DNA of 64,000 bases, from the NCBI GenBank assembly GCA_903813345.2, contig CAIIXF020000001.1, positions 47,306,001 to 47,370,000 on the forward strand. The letters run 5' to 3'. This DNA comes from Owenia fusiformis (Eukaryota). A model generated the notes under the pieces. It did no database searches and was not told where the DNA came from. It saw nothing but the letters and a program-made list of their open reading frames with translations. A program made the position numbers and the translations under genes. Position 1 is the first letter of the stretch. Every line of letters begins with the position of its first letter. Of this stretch, positions 35,801 through 49,000 are shown one piece after another.

Positions 35801-36881
35801 AATGTGTTCATTTTCTGTTATAAATCGAAGTACAACAGTTTTGTACATAGTAACCTTTTAGATATTGTTATATTTTGTGTTGTCAAATGCTGCCCCTTGT
35901 GCTTCCTCACTATGATGTGAAATTATGAATTCAATATTTTACTGCTACTTTAATACAAACAGTATATGAGCAATTGATCTCAATAAATCAGAAAAATATA
36001 TAATTGATTGATATGCCTTTTTTAGTTTTCAATTTTCATCTTTCTCATTGTGATTTTAATTAATAAACCCATTATTCTTTTGTTTGTTTTGTTTGCATAC
36101 TGTTTGTGGACACGCATTTTTGACTTGTTATATTTAATGTGTTTTCCAATGTTGCCTTTCGTGCTCCCTCAATATGATATAATATGGTATCAAGAAGATC
36201 AATTAAAAAGTCCTAAAATACTGTAAATGATAATCATTTTGATAATAAATGTGAAACCCCTGACAGAGAGACAATAATGATTTTTCTTTCAAAACGTCAT
36301 TTTAAACAATGTTAGTAGAATACTATATTTGAATTATTAATGACAGGGGTTACTAATAGAATGATATACAAACGTCAATGCAATCGAAGTCTTATTATTA
36401 ATGACAGGGGTTACTAATACAATGATATTCAAACGTCAATGCAATCGAAGTCTTATTATCAATGACAGGGGTTACTAATACTATGATATTCAAACGTCAA
36501 TGCAATCGAAGTCTTATTATTAATGACAGGGGTTACTAATACAATGATATTCAAACGTCAATGCAATCGAAGTCTTATTATTTTGCAGTTTTGAACTTAA
36601 ATACTTTAATCTTGTCATAAAATAAAAAGCGTTTTTAAGTGTTAGCAAAAACATTGTATTATTTCATGAACTGTTGTAATATGGTAATTTGATTGCTTAT
36701 TTTTTTCATTCAAGGTACTAAAGAGAATTTTGAATCGGACTGTAGCAAGGAATGAACCCCTGGCGAAAGATAAGAACCACTTCCCAAGAGAAAAAGTTGA
36801 TTTACCTGAAATGAGCGCTTCAATCTGTTGAGGTTGTTCACCTGCGGTTTTAAAAAGATCTCCAATATTTCCCTGCGACAT
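8802..36881 (-). CDS. Carotenoid oxygenase family protein (BCO/RPE65/NinaB-like), paralog A, 525 aa, 10 coding exons
   Basis: Exons (minus): 36881-36806, 33863-33605, 24872-24731, 14855-14638, 14188-14028, 13813-13662, 12117-11976, 10871-10663, 9312-9237, 8944-8802. All introns are GT-AG with matching phases, total 1578 nt. Motifs: [63 protein letters not shown]. All four Fe-binding His are present. Confidence 0.93.
9592..10504. mobile_element. 913-bp non-autonomous TIR element in intron 8 of BCO paralog A
   Basis: TIR GACGTGTCGCAAAAAG / CTTTTTGCGACACGTC flanked by ATA/ATA. The equivalent intron of paralog B (about 41845-41880) lacks it. Confidence 0.8.
11084..11509 (+). mobile_element. About 425-bp MITE with (T/C)AGATGCGAGTA TIRs
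   Basis: tagatgcgagtag...tactcgcatctg. A full inverted copy lies at 54073-54497 and an internal fragment at about 38935-39090. Confidence 0.8.
12370..12717. mobile_element. MITE with imperfect ~60-bp TIRs (GGTTAA...ACACG...GTACGTGAACGTGTAG family)
   Basis: The left end is inverted at 12667-12717. The same end motif recurs at about 50986-51050 and, inverted, at about 63013-63079. Confidence 0.6.
13020..13238. mobile_element. hAT-like MITE with 5-bp TSD
   Basis: TIR CAGGCCCGTAGCCAGG / CCTGGCTACGGGCCTG with flanks cgacc / cgacc and subterminal GAACCCCCC repeats. Confidence 0.85.
15238..15359. mobile_element. Small hAT-like MITE with 5-bp TSD
   Basis: cactggaggatccag...ctggatccgccagtg with flanks gacca / gacca. 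Confidence 0.7.
16713..17048 (-). mobile_element. Second, inverted copy of the hairpin-ended ~330-bp element
   Basis: The reverse complement aligns along 6931-7258, including gaaaatcttacgcactgaacgatatc and the atagtgaaatattggacc stem. Confidence 0.75.
18420..19213. mobile_element. Tc1-type MITE
   Basis: TA|CACT..CTCCATAAAC...ttatggag..AGTG|TA with imperfect ~130-bp TIRs (ctcccccattgaac..cgtgttaaagc / gctttaacacgttgttcaatgggggag). Confidence 0.7.
19289..19602. repeat. Degenerate inverted repeat (foldback MITE)
   Basis: 19289-19375 pairs with 19500-19602 (tgttacagcact / agtgctgtaaca; tgtacaccattcaa / ttgaatggtgtaca). Confidence 0.6.
22629..24105 (-). mobile_element. 5'-truncated non-LTR retrotransposon (CR1/L2/RTE-X-like group): RT C-terminal half and Cys/His knuckle
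   Basis: ORF 22798-24105 contains LSTYLFNHFLDDL, LLWADDLVL, YKYLG, LMYGSEIW, GELGRFPL, LRLSSHKLQIELGR and C..C...EDEVHF...C. The 3' UTR has AATAAA and an (AT)n tail. The 5' junction is fixed by comparison with paralog B intron 3. Confidence 0.9.
25164..26954. mobile_element. 1.8-kb non-autonomous element with ~160-bp near-perfect TIRs
   Basis: aacagcttatttctaatttcaaattgtcatatctg...tctagaatgaaa (25164-25324) is inverted at 26794-26954. No TSD or ORF was identified. Confidence 0.8.
27309..27485. repeat. Array of palindromic AAGCCGGCTT motifs (left arm of composite element)
   Basis: About 10 copies of agccggct and variants at 13-22 bp spacing, preceded by tcgaaggcaaa. Confidence 0.9.
27486..31877. 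repeat. 348-bp tandem satellite: about 2 units in one orientation (27486-28181), then about 10.6 units inverted (28183-31877)
   Basis: The marker cagtatccc (cagaatccc at 29567, cagtatctc at 31658) recurs at 28528, 28876, 29224, 29567, 29915, 30263, 30616, 30962, 31310 and 31658. Each unit carries the palindrome aaactggctccaa-N-ttggagccagttt. Confidence 0.95.
31907..32219. repeat. Array of palindromic AAGCCGGCTT motifs (right arm of composite element)
   Basis: About 15 agaagccggctt-type units ending in tttgccttcga, the inverse of the left-arm boundary. Confidence 0.9.
33131..33481. mobile_element. Foldback MITE, copy 1 (right end truncated), beside exon 2 of BCO paralog A
   Basis: ggtcagaatgactctaaaaatgatgaaat...ctaaaagtaggac / gtcctacttttagctatt. 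It is a direct repeat of 34096-34513. Confidence 0.75.
34096..34513. mobile_element. Foldback MITE, copy 2
   Basis: gaatgaccctaaacatgatgaaataacc...ggttatttcatcatgtttagggtcattc, with arms of about 130 bp. Confidence 0.8.
34660..35065 (-). mobile_element. tRNA-derived SINE-like head, present twice in tandem (second copy lacks the A box)
   Basis: The minus strand of 34675-34775 has an A-box-like TGGCCGAGAGG and a B-box-like GAGTTCGAGAC. About 80 bp is repeated at 34660-34739 and 34986-35065. I could not fold a canonical cloverleaf. Confidence 0.6.
35340..35690 (+). pseudogene. Degenerate transposase C-terminal remnant with SWIM-like motif (ISL2EU/PIF-Harbinger-related)
   Basis: Frameshifted fragments FTEDDVRKFTFGVYQVNQSK, YIWVEYN, GWYFPC and VVGSCVQIACAIWFLA resemble the LGVYQ..QA.SY / GWYCxC..G.R.VGCCSH.AS..W.L pattern I recall from such elements. 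Confidence 0.5.
36335..36581. repeat. Minisatellite, 4 x ~61 bp
   Basis: Unit taatgacaggggttactaatacaatgatattcaaacgtcaatgcaatcgaagtcttattat, in intron 1 of BCO paralog A. Confidence 0.95.
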
Positions 36882-36908
36882 GTTTGCAGGAGAAGCGGTC
36901 ACTGGCTA

Positions 36909-37043
36909 ACGTTCCATCCATCTGCGTCTATTGTTATAAAATTTGCACTCAGTTGGAAGCTAGCCCACTATCACCGGGGATCAACTAGAACGAAGACAGT
37001 TTGTTTTCGTTGCAACATGGCTGAACTTCCGGAATAAGAATTT
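36909..37043 (-). promoter_or_regulatory. Conserved non-coding block upstream of the BCO paralog A start codon
   Basis: Aligns with 50641-50768 upstream of paralog B (catctgcgtctat, gttggaagct, ggggatcaact.gaacg.agacag, caacatggctg, tccggaa.aagaatt). Confidence 0.45.
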
Positions 37044-37597
37044 AATAAAGCTATTTGATAATGATGGGCTGCCTTGGGGCATGTCAAATTGTACAGAAAT
37101 CCTATGATAACTGTACGATGCCCTGCTGGGTAGGTTTTGATGACTTTTGGTCAGAAAAAATAAGGTGGACATCAGCAAATTTTATCTCCGCGATAATAAG
37201 CTCCCTGCCTTGCTGGCCACTGTTGTATGAGCTACTTGTATCAGTCATTGCATGAGCACAACCCAATAGTGAAAGTGAAACCGTTGTATCCCAGCATGCA
37301 TCAGCATTTAGTAGCGCCCTCTTTAAGTAATAAACCACATGTCTATTCTAAAAACTTTAGAAGACTATTTATGTTCTATATTATACAGTATATAATTCAT
37401 AACTGCAAAAGGTTAACAGCCACATTTTGGTCAAAAACCTGTTTAGCCTGTCTTAAAACTTGTTGTTTATGTTGGCATTCATGATAGCTCTTTGGCTTCA
37501 TTATTAGCTTGTATTCGCGAGGACAAACTAATTTAATACGAATATTGCCTGCCGTGCTGTTAGCTACCGATCCTATCGCTTCAAATCCAGTCGCTAA

Positions 37598-37718
37598 TGC
37601 CTTGGTCACATTTGCTCCAATTTTCGTACGGCGCCCGGCAGATTGAGTATTTTGTTCAAAATTGAATACAATATTGAACAAAACACTCAATCTGTCGGAG
37701 CAAATGTGACCAAGGCAT
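37598..37718. mobile_element. Palindromic MITE (PIF/Harbinger-like termini)
   Basis: TGCCTTGGTCACATTTGCTCC...GGAGCAAATGTGACCAAGGCA flanked by taa/tta, with an internal hairpin. Another copy lies at 51982-52121. Confidence 0.7.
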
Positions 37719-40000
37719 TACCCAAATCACTCTACCCTCCATGTGATAACGGTTAAAATGGATACAGGCGACAGTGTAGTTGCAAATAGAAGACGTGTGT
37801 TTATTTCCATATTTCTGAAGTTAAACAAAGTTCAGTTATTTGCATGATAAATAATGTACATAAAAAATCTTCACATAGATTTGACATTATGCAATTTATT
37901 GTACTGAAGTTACAGGTAAACTGGATTTAACATATCATCTTAGTGTTGTACTATCCATTGTATAGATTCGCCAAGCAGTTTTCAGGTTTTTAGTTTTATT
38001 ATTACCAGAAACCCCCTATAGACAAAGATATAGAATATATGACAACGTAAATTAAATTAAAGGCAATACAATATACACATTAGTAATTCCATAAATATAC
38101 AGGGTGCTGGTCAGTTTCACTTGGAATTTGTAACTTCTTTTAAAATTGATATGCAACAAAAATTGCAAACAATATCCGACTTTAGATGCCGTAATAGGGA
38201 AAAACAACCTACTTTTTTCATAGAGATACATGTAAAATTGACAAAGTTCAAGTTATAATTTTTCAAATGTCAGCCCATCGAGATCGTGTAGTCTGAATCA
38301 AAAACTTCCCATTAGCTTATATGGTGAGAAAAATATCCCGCGAGGAAAATTTTACAGCATACATTCTGGGTCTGTAAAAACATGAGGGATGTGATGATGC
38401 CAGCGATTTACTGATACCGCCAAAAATATGATTTACTTTTTTGGTTAAAAAATTGTATTTCAGTGGTCCCTTACACTCCTGCTAGCTATATTCCAAACAT
38501 TAATTGTCAATACATATGCACATGTATGTGCCATGCATTTGCTTAGTAATGCAATGGAAACCCTTCAGGCAGTGCTATTTAACTCACAATACAGGTTTTT
38601 CGGAAATGTATGCTGTATTACCATATGACCTAACTGTACTTATCTGGGAATTAAAATTAGACCATTCACATCTACCGGTTCACAAATGTCCCATTGCACA
38701 TTTGTATAAAACATGGTCGTATTTTTTGCTATATATAAAGCCATTAATTCTGGCCGCATAACTCGGTTTACTTTCCAGCACCTTGTACTGTTGATTAGTT
38801 TACATTGCCTGTATCTTGTATCGATCAACTTTTCAGATTCAATGTCTTGTATTAGGATCAAAACGATCTGATTTATATCCTTCCTTGTACAGTCATATAG
38901 TTTTGAACATATGGTTTCGAATATTGTTTACCTAGTTCGGGGAGATTCCCCATAGACCCCATGTTACAGAATTACAAAAAATGAAACTTTCTTGTATTGG
39001 GCGGATAAGAATTTCCTTTACTGGACATATTTTAATTTGCATAACTACTAGATACATCGGGGTTATATGAAAATTGAACCGCTAAAACTTAAACCTTCGA
39101 TTAGTGCTTTGTACTCGTGCTGAATTTCACCATGTTGAATGGCCTATCATTACAAACTCCCGTGCAATGCTAGTCTGATATAAACCAAAACAACCCAATA
39201 AGATGTGTATTGATGATTAAATTTCCTGTTCTCTCAAAATCTACTTGGAACTATACCATTGGATTACTATGGGAAATTCCTCAAAGAGAAAATTCTTGGG
39301 ATTAAGGAAGGGGTTCCATTTACACAATTTGAGAAATTATTGGCAAACATGAAACCTATTTCAAACAGCATTAATATTACTCAAAAGCGATCGTAATAAT
39401 GATTCCTAGCCCTCTGAAGTTTAAAAATAACAACACCTTCGTGTTAATCCAAAGATAATCCTTGAAAATGAGAAATATTTTTGAGGAATTTATGGTGCAA
39501 TTATAGTCAATAAAATGTTTTAAAATGCACTGATGCTTTTTAGATGATAAACACAAGCGAAATGCAAGAAGAAAACTCACATAGAAAAAAGCATTTGAAG
39601 TTCAGAGATTATTAGACATGCATGCACATGTTAAACAAAGTGTGTGTTTTTAAATTACTATTGATTGAAAAGATGGCGATACTTCTATAAAAATGAATTT
39701 ATCATGTAATGCAAACAACTTTGCCATCTTTCAATGACATTGATATATAAACTTGATATATAAAGCTTGACAGATCGAAGATGTTATTTGATAATTTATT
39801 AAGCTTTGGTGTGATCCGTTTGAGCTGTTGTTGGTGTCAAATGAAAGATAAGGTTCTTATCAACACATTGGACATACTACGAAATTCAAATGTAAGTCTA
39901 TTTTGCCCAAAACATTGAAAATAAGCAAAGTGGCCCTTTAAATGTTCGGAAATTTAGTAATAGTCGCATGTAGGTCCATACTCGTTGAAAAAACTGTTCT

Positions 40001-43000
40001 TCACACAAACGCTCCATGAAGTCCATATGGAACATCGTAAGGAATAGTTGCCCTCCCAAGTTCCTTAAAGGATTCCCCATCCAATACCAAGAGGAACGTA
40101 GACTTATCCTTGCTTGGGCTCAAGACCAGAGATAGCACAACACCTATAATGAATAGACCATGGGCTTAAGCAAAGAAAATAAACTCTGTCACTTTTACCA
40201 AAAGGGGGCAAGGATATATATTCATAAGATTTAAGGTGATATAAAGATGGCAGCAAAGAAAAGTATAAACACACATTGATTTGCCTGACATCTTTATTTA
40301 AAAATTATTTATATCGCCCTTTTTTAGCAGGTACAGTGTATCAATAATGTTTAAAGATGACATTCTTGGAAATTTTGGAAACTAGCAATAAGTTTATTGG
40401 ACTATTTTTGTATGGAAGCAGTGCTACCGATAGCTACAACCTGTGTCATCCTTCATATGACTAACGTATCCTGGCTTCCTTTGTTACAAAACTGGCCAGG
40501 TTTATTGGCACAAATAGTAGAATATTTCAAATTATAAACTACTATTCAATGGGAAGACCCAACACCAGATGGCTATATCTAAAAGAGCATACCTTCATCC
40601 TCTTTCAATGCATCGGGAGCAGGGACAAAAATGGGCTCTGATGGATAGCAATCATCCTCTTGCCATTCCTTATTAATAATAAATGAAATATGTATTGTAC
40701 TTCAGGTTTAATTTTAATTTTCTGATATATGACTAGTTTTTTCTCCGTGCTTATGCTGTTTTTTCAAATGCTGTCAATAAAGGATGAGTCTGGGAATGAG
40801 TCTGGGTATCGACTTAGAAAATATTGAAAATTGTAATGTCTGAAAAACCAACTCAATCACACATATTATTTAACTTCAATATCTTCTTCTTCTTCTGAGA
40901 TTACAAAAATATCAATTTGTATCACAATTGATGAAGAATATTGGCATCAAACACAATGCATATCACTTTGCTAGAATTGAAAAAAAATCAATGGCAAATA
41001 TTAAATAAAATTGTTTAGACAAAAAGTTTGAAACATATCCTCCAAAACATTGCTTACTTTCTTTTTATAGACATTGAATGGTATTTCTGGATAAGTGAAT
41101 TGGTGTTTATCTGGGTAATCAAGGGATTATAGTCACTCAAAGTTACTGAGCATCCAGTTTTGGCACTTCAATTGTGTTGGTGAAGTTATACATATTTCAG
41201 TCAAATTCATGCTGAGCACAACATTTTGGTTTCAATTTTATAATCTCTATACATGACCCTGGTGATGAAAAGTCAGAATCAGTCAAAAAACCTAAACCGG
41301 AAAACTGTGCTCATTGTGAAAACTCAAAGTCAAGCAACTTTTTTTCTGATATTTCTTACATCAAATGGCAGCCATCTTGTTTTCCCCCTTCAAATTAAAC
41401 TGGCGGGAAATTCAAAAATTTGAAAAAAAATTAATCCTTAAATATATTTCAAAAATATGATTTTCTTTTTAATTCTTCATGGGTCTTATGTTATTTCTTC
41501 TTTGTATGTCACACATGTTGCCATTGGTGTTTTTTTATGATAATGACTATTTTTGTTGTTGTTAAGATACTTATTCTGACTCTCAGCAGGGGGTTAATTA
41601 TGCATCAAAACTCGTGAAAAAGTAAATATACTTATCAAATATAACTAGGACAGTAATAAAAACCATATTTCACATTCATTTGACTGGGGGACCAAAAGGG
41701 CATATATCCAGACACATCCTTTCGGTATTCCAAAATTGGTTTTGCATTCAGTTTTTGGTAATTTTGGTATTTTTTATATCTTTTTCGGATTATATTTCAA
41801 ATTAACTCTTTGGCATAAGAAGAAATCGCACAATGATGAAATTACCTTTATAATTTACATACGATTTGCCAGAATGTGACGTACATTATACGATGCCGAG
41901 CTACCTAATCATAAGTGTAGGTATGTGTGAATGCATAAACTAAAATAGTACCATGCACATGTCATTGCCTGCTTCGCATTATGATGTAATTGCATATTAA
42001 ATCATTAAGGGCAACATTTTATTTACAAAATTGAATATTTATTTAATTTTCATATTCCCACCTGCATCGTCTTATTCTGAACATCGAGTTTCATGAGTCT
42101 ATCTGCAGGAATAGTGAACCGCATCCCATAACAGTACCTATATGGCCTCCCATTATAGAAATTATAGTTCATTCTAGGAAAGTCAAATCCTATATTGGGA
42201 GCTTCATCGTCATGTAGAGGCTCATATGTCAAGTGAACAAAGCCATCGTCCCTTAATGTCGCAGTAGCTGTAAATCAAACATTTTACTTTTTACGTCAAA
42301 TGGATTGTATTCATAAAACTCTGAACAGTGAATGTGTCTTAAATTAGCATACAATTAAGTTTGTCTTCAAGACTTATAAGTAGTTTATCTATTTCAAATC
42401 GATTCAAATTCTATTCTATTAAAAATATGTCGAATCGTATGATATTGTTAAATGAATGCTACTGTACCGGAAGTAAAGCCATCCTCTAGTTTGACGAGAT
42501 TCACATTTCTAGGACCATCTTTAGATATATTTAGCGGTAATAAAAATCTTCTCGGATGTGTTAACTGGCCGTTTGTCAATTGTTTATCCAGATCTTTAGA
42601 ATCAACCAACTAAAACAATAACAAGGTTTATATCACATTGCACATTGATTATCTAATATACATGTATGTGACCATGGATGCTACGAGACACCATGATTTA
42701 ACAAGTACCTTTCCAAGACTGCGCAAGTATAATGTATCGTATTGACCCCCGTCATTAGCTGCACATACGTCTACTATAAGATGGTCGTCCTTCTCATAGG
42801 CGTTAATGGTATGGAAGTTCACAAATGGTTTGGTGACATACTTTAGCAATCGCACTTCTCCTAAAATGCAATTGTAAATTAAAGCTATTATAGCAAGTAT
42901 TGTGTCAAAACGTGTGTCATCCTTAGTTATGTTTAGTGTTGAGACATCACAGTAGCCATTCCACACACGTTATTTTCACATTGAAACCCTAAATACATTA

Positions 43001-46000
43001 ATATTCAGATACTGAAACCGCAACTCAATTACATTTGGGATTATTTGAGCGTTAATAGACAAACCTGTTCTTTTATCACAAATGTGAAATATTGACTTGA
43101 GACTCGGATCAAATTCCATAAACTTATCAATGCCCTTCCTGGAGAAATTTCGTGTAAGAAGTCCCAACGCATTTAATCTATAGGGCTGCTCGTGAAAGAT
43201 AATGTAGTTTACGGTCATTGAGAAACTGTAATAGAAGGAAAAATACATGTATTCATTATGTAGCCAAGTGGACAGATATTTTTCTATTATATTGTCATTA
43301 TTTTTGATTTATATAGATATTTGAGCTGTCAGTCAAAGTGTAGAACATGTTTCAAGATTTTCAACGAGGTTATAGATGCAGAAGACTGATACACTTGATG
43401 TTGTTGCTTACACTCACAGGGCGTGTCGCGTTTTCCTTGGCCTGGGGAAATATGCGCCTAACTTAGCCGTCCGTGCTGAAATGGGATGGACTACTCCATA
43501 TGAATGGCAGATACTGGCAGCAGTTCGTTATAGGGACCGTTGTCTATCTCTCGACGAGACAAGGCTTACAAGGCGAGTGTATAATTGGAATTTATCCTTT
43601 GGAACTACTCGTAAACATAATAACTGGTTTTTTAACCTTAACAAAATATTAACTTCGGATTTAGCAGTACCATTTGACACTTCGAAGGACGAAATAGCTT
43701 CCCATCTACGGATAAAGGCTTCACAAGATTGGCACCGAAACATTTGGAATGATGGTCAACGCCCACCCGGCCAGAGAAACAAGCTTAGGACATACCGCAC
43801 ATTTAAACTTGATACAAAGCCCGAGGCTTATTTGAAGTCTGACATAACCCTTTCGTGTCGACGGGCATTTGCTTCAGTCAGATGCGGTGTGGCACCATTA
43901 CGTATAGAGACTGGGCGCTTTGAAAGACTTCCAGAACATGAAAGACTGTGTGTTTTATGTGACACTGGCTCAGTGGAAAATGAAAAGCATTTTATGTTAG
44001 ATTGTGCTTTTTATAATGACTTAAGGTCAGACTTGTTCAGAAAAATTGTATGTCGACTCCCTGCTTTTCTACACATGGACAGAGATTTGAAATTTTTTAA
44101 CTTAATGAGCAACACCAGTATTTACCTATATGTTGCAAAGGCCTGTGGCCAAATGCTTAAACTTCGTGAAAATTATCTATATAAATGATTTACATGTATT
44201 TATAGTGTCCTATAGGTCGTTGTCGGCCTGGGGTGTTTTAATTGTATTTTATATGTTTTATGACTCATGACACTTTAATAAAATAAATAAATAAATAAAT
44301 AAATAAATAAAATTTATTGTTTTAATATAAGTTTCTTGCTACCTATGGTAGTAAGCCGGTTTCCAACTATTCTCCATAGGAATGGTATGTAGAATCTCGG
44401 CCCCTTCTACTGGATCGGCTTTGTTTGCTCCAGGTGATATCTTTATCACGTGGTAACATCCTGATTTTATGTTCGTACCTAAGTTGTAATACGTTCCATC
44501 GGGGTCAGTATGGGGATGGGCTGCGACCACGTTAACTGCTACCAATTGGGAAATGTCAACCTAAAAAGGGTCATGTTGAAAAAGCTAAACATGGGTCATG
44601 GGGTGTTGTACCCTTCGTAAAATGAGCCTCAAATGATATGTGATGCCCTCGAACTCAACGGGTAGGCATAGTCATTAAGCTTAATCATTTAATTTTCTTT
44701 TTAAGTAATTAAAATAGGTTTAATCTTTTTTTTGGTTTGATTGTTGACTCTTATATGCATACATGTAATTGTATTGTATAATATCATGTATGTTACGAGG
44801 GCCTATACCCCCCCCCCCTTAAATGTTGAACAACCATTCAACTCGACAGCGAGAGTGATTAAGCCTCTTAGCGTCTATAACCATTTGTAAAAACGAGTAG
44901 ATTTGTAATGAAATTCTTGTGAATTATTAGTTGCATATATACACATGATACACCACTTATTTTTTCATTTGAACGCATCCCTGCATGTCACTTCATCAAA
45001 TAATTGAGGTAATGCATAGTTCCGGGGCAATGATCAGCTTGTCGGAAATCTAAAATGCGTGAGATTTTCTAAACACTCATGTCGTGGTTGGAGTTGACTC
45101 GACCTGATACAAAACCTCCATGTTGGTGTGACTGGTGTGGCTATGAATGATATTTCAGAAATATTTCCCAGAGCAAAGAAATATTGTCCTGTATGACCAA
45201 ACACAAGTTACAATACTGAATAGCAACCATAAGTTTTGACTTTGCGTCTTTCTGCAGCAATGAGCCGTGGGAAATGTACGTCAAACTGTTAATGATCAAG
45301 CTACCATCTTATTATTTAGATAGCGAGTGTACCAAAATGTTCCCTCGTAAATTAAGGTATTCAAATATTTCAAAAACACTACACAAAGCAATGAAATCAG
45401 CTCGAATAGACTGGATTTTAACATTTGTTAAGTGGATTCAGTGGATTGTGGGACTCTTAAAAGTGTTTAATTTATGGAGGTGCTCCTCTTATATATCACT
45501 CAATTTGTGTCTATTTATATATTATTAAAAATTATAGCTTCTATTAATCATTTTACCCTCTCCCCTGTGTCTAGTGTTTCAGGGTTGATCCTTCGAAGGA
45601 TTCTCGAGTCGGTGGCTGCATACACGCCATCTCCAAGAGGTGTAATGGAAACCGCATTGTTATCCGTCGGAGTCGGACGAGTGAAATACGAAGCGAATCT
45701 TTAATAAAATAAATAAAATTCGTTTTATTTTTCTGAAGCAGAAATAATGTAATTTCTAGTTTCGGTTTATAAGTGGTTGTTGTTTGTGATTGCCTGCAAA
45801 CTGTGAATGAGATGGGATGTCCCAAATGGAATTTTAAGATCATATATTACTCTTTGTAGCTCTTCTGTAATATATTTCCAGTAAGTCATACCTAAACCTG
45901 TTTGCAAATGGGTATAAGATTAGTTGCACAGTGCACGTGGGTTTGTACCTTTACAACATTCATCATGCGTACAATGTGCCACTTAAAGCTAAAACACATA

Positions 46001-49000
46001 CCTTTGGAAAATGTTCATACATGGATCTGGCGCAGTAACCGTCCCAAACTCAGTCACAACTATCCGATTTTTCTTTATAGCCTCGGCACGGGAATCACTC
46101 TCGAGGAACCGGCTGTGGTATTTGACCACACCATTGTCGAAGTCAAACCGATGTATCAGTGAAAGTCCATCAAACCAGTGATTGTATTTGTCTTTGCCGA
46201 CCTCAAATTTTCCTGGCCCATTGCGTAAGAGACCGCCTTTTATCCACGTCGGTATAGTGCCTAGTAAGTGAAGGATAACTTGCCATATAAATATATCAAA
46301 TGAAGGTATACCCCAGGGGGCCAATACCTCTCCATTTTTTTCTCCACAATGCTTATACGACTGATGCCCTAGAAGAGGAATGTGGAACAGATCATAAAAA
46401 TAGAAAAATCACTAAACGAGGACCTTAAAACACTATTCACACTGTGAGAGGCTTATGTGTGAGCCATGGAACATGAGCATTTCTCGGAACAAATGCGAGG
46501 TTGTTTTGTTTAATTCATTTGTTTAGACACGATGGCCCAGAATTTGAAGAATCAATCAAGTTATTTGACATCATTTTAGAGCTGGATCTCAAATTCGAAG
46601 CCCATATTTTAGAGACAGAGGAAAGGTTTTAGTGCACTAAAACAAATACCCAACTTTACAAAGAGTAATATGAAGTCATCGACGTTTCTTCTATTGCAAA
46701 ATATAGCATAAATGCCCAATTGCTAATTCTTTGAGATGGACTTTAAGTTATATAACAAGATAAGGAGTACATGCAAAAACCTCACTCAAAGGGAATCAGT
46801 ATAAAATACTCCTGGCTAACGAGTCATCATAAAAAATGAAAAGATTTTAAAATGTAAAGGATAAGGACAAGGATTTTAAGTTACATTAAAACACAAAAAA
46901 TAATGCAAACCATAAAGTTGAAGTACAAAGTGAAATTCAGCACCAGAGACTATTCAAAACTGTTGGATATAAACAAACAGACGTTTATTTTATGGAGCAT
47001 CTAATCAAAACCAGTTTTTTGTTTGTGTTAAGAACCCAGTATACAAGAGCTTGAGTGTATTTTGTTGGTTCGTATTACAAAAATTAATTAAATGTTTAAA
47101 TAGAGAGTTTAAGATTAGTGTAGATAGCTCATTAGTAATTACGCACCCTTATATACATAAGCGTTGTTGTTGTTTTGCATTTTGCAGCATTTTTTCATGA
47201 TACCCATAAAACCAAATATTTCAAATTGTACTTTTGGCTCTATACCAAAGTAGATACCCTGCGCGTAGAGTCTACTTAACTACTTTAACCCGAATGTAAT
47301 GCTGTAAGGCCAAAATATAATATAATGAATTGTTAAAAACACGATGTTTTATGGTCAATTTATAATAACAAGGGTTTTCTGAAGTGATTTAACTGGGTTG
47401 GACAAAAAGTTAGTTTGGGGAAAAAAGTATATCGGCTAATTAGGGAGGGGTGCATTGGCTTAACATGGCGTTGACTATTGACTTAGCGTCGGGATACCAC
47501 CATGTACCTGGTATGTTATCATGGTGATGGATACAAAAATTTTCCCCAACGTTAGAAAATGACAAATGGACTGTTATTGGGTTAACATACTGTCTTACAA
47601 ATGCATTTCAATCAATTCCTTTTATATGTAATGAACAATATTGCAGTGCTCTTTTCACAAGAATTTCTTTTTGTGAAGTTCAATCAATTAAAAATATTTT
47701 TTACGGGCGTACGGGAGACTGCATTAAAATTTTAAATGTTTGGAACTACTTAGAATTTAAAAAATAAGCAAACAAAAAACTATATTGCAACAGTATATAA
47801 AAATAGAAGCATATGTACTCAGTCCTAACTTTTGTATATTTCAGATAGTTATATATAATGTGCAGTAAAGCTGTGGCCTTTTGTAATTTAGGGAGTTTCA
47901 GCCATGTTAATTTTTCCGAAAATAACATGACATAGTAGCATCAAAAAATCAGAGGCCGCATATATGATAGCTAAACTACAAAACAAACTAATTAAAATAT
48001 ACAAAAGTTAGGACATGTATTACCCTTTGCATTCGTTTGACTTCACTTCTTAAAAGAGAGCTTCGTCTTGTAGTTTAACTAGACTCTGCACGCAGGGTAG
48101 ACATGTATAAATGTTTCTATTTTTACATTTACTGTTTCAATATGGTCCTTTGATTGATTATTTTTTAAATTCAAAGAAGTTCCAAACATTTAAAATTTCA
48201 CTGTAATGTAGATTTCTACGTTGGTTCAGTCTTTGTAGTAGTTTGCAACAACAAATTCGATTTAGCGCCAGAATAACTTGGCACACAGTTCGTCAAACTG
48301 TCATAGTCTATATCATAATCATTATCGATATCATAATCTCTCAATCAACTTTACTAAGATTCGCTCCTCTTCACCATCAAGAGTTCCTTTCAAAACCAAT
48401 TTACGTAAATATTTAGGGAAACTGAAGCAATTAACAACCACAAACCTGGATCTTACAAGAAAAGAAGAAGTTTAACTGAATAGAATAAGATGTGATCACA
48501 TGTCTTAGCAAGACTTCAGGAAATGGGCAAGAATGGGTTTGAAAGTGTGTTTAGAGAGTGGGTGAATAGGCATAAGAAGTGTATATCTAGAGATGGACAT
48601 TATGTCGAATAGCTTATTTTCATAACAATTGGACTTTTGGACTGTTTTGATATTGTATTTGTGGTAGTAATAGACCTGAGAGTATGAATAAAGCTATCAG
48701 AAAGAATAGATATGTTTTGGAAAGTTGTGACGTAAACAAACTTGCCCCGCCTTTTTGTTGTTTCGGTTGGTATAGCAACCACAACTCTGGCCAATCAAAT
48801 AGAAGACGCTTTAAATTCACAGAATTTTATTTTATTTTATTTATTGATTTCTCAATTCACCCCTTATAGGGTATAAGAGTACAAAAGACAAACTTAACTA
48901 ATACAGTAACAAACATTAAAATAACATTTATATACATGTAAGAACATTTTTTTGCCCAGCCTCGATTAAAAATTTACAAAGTTTTATGAGTATATTTTTG

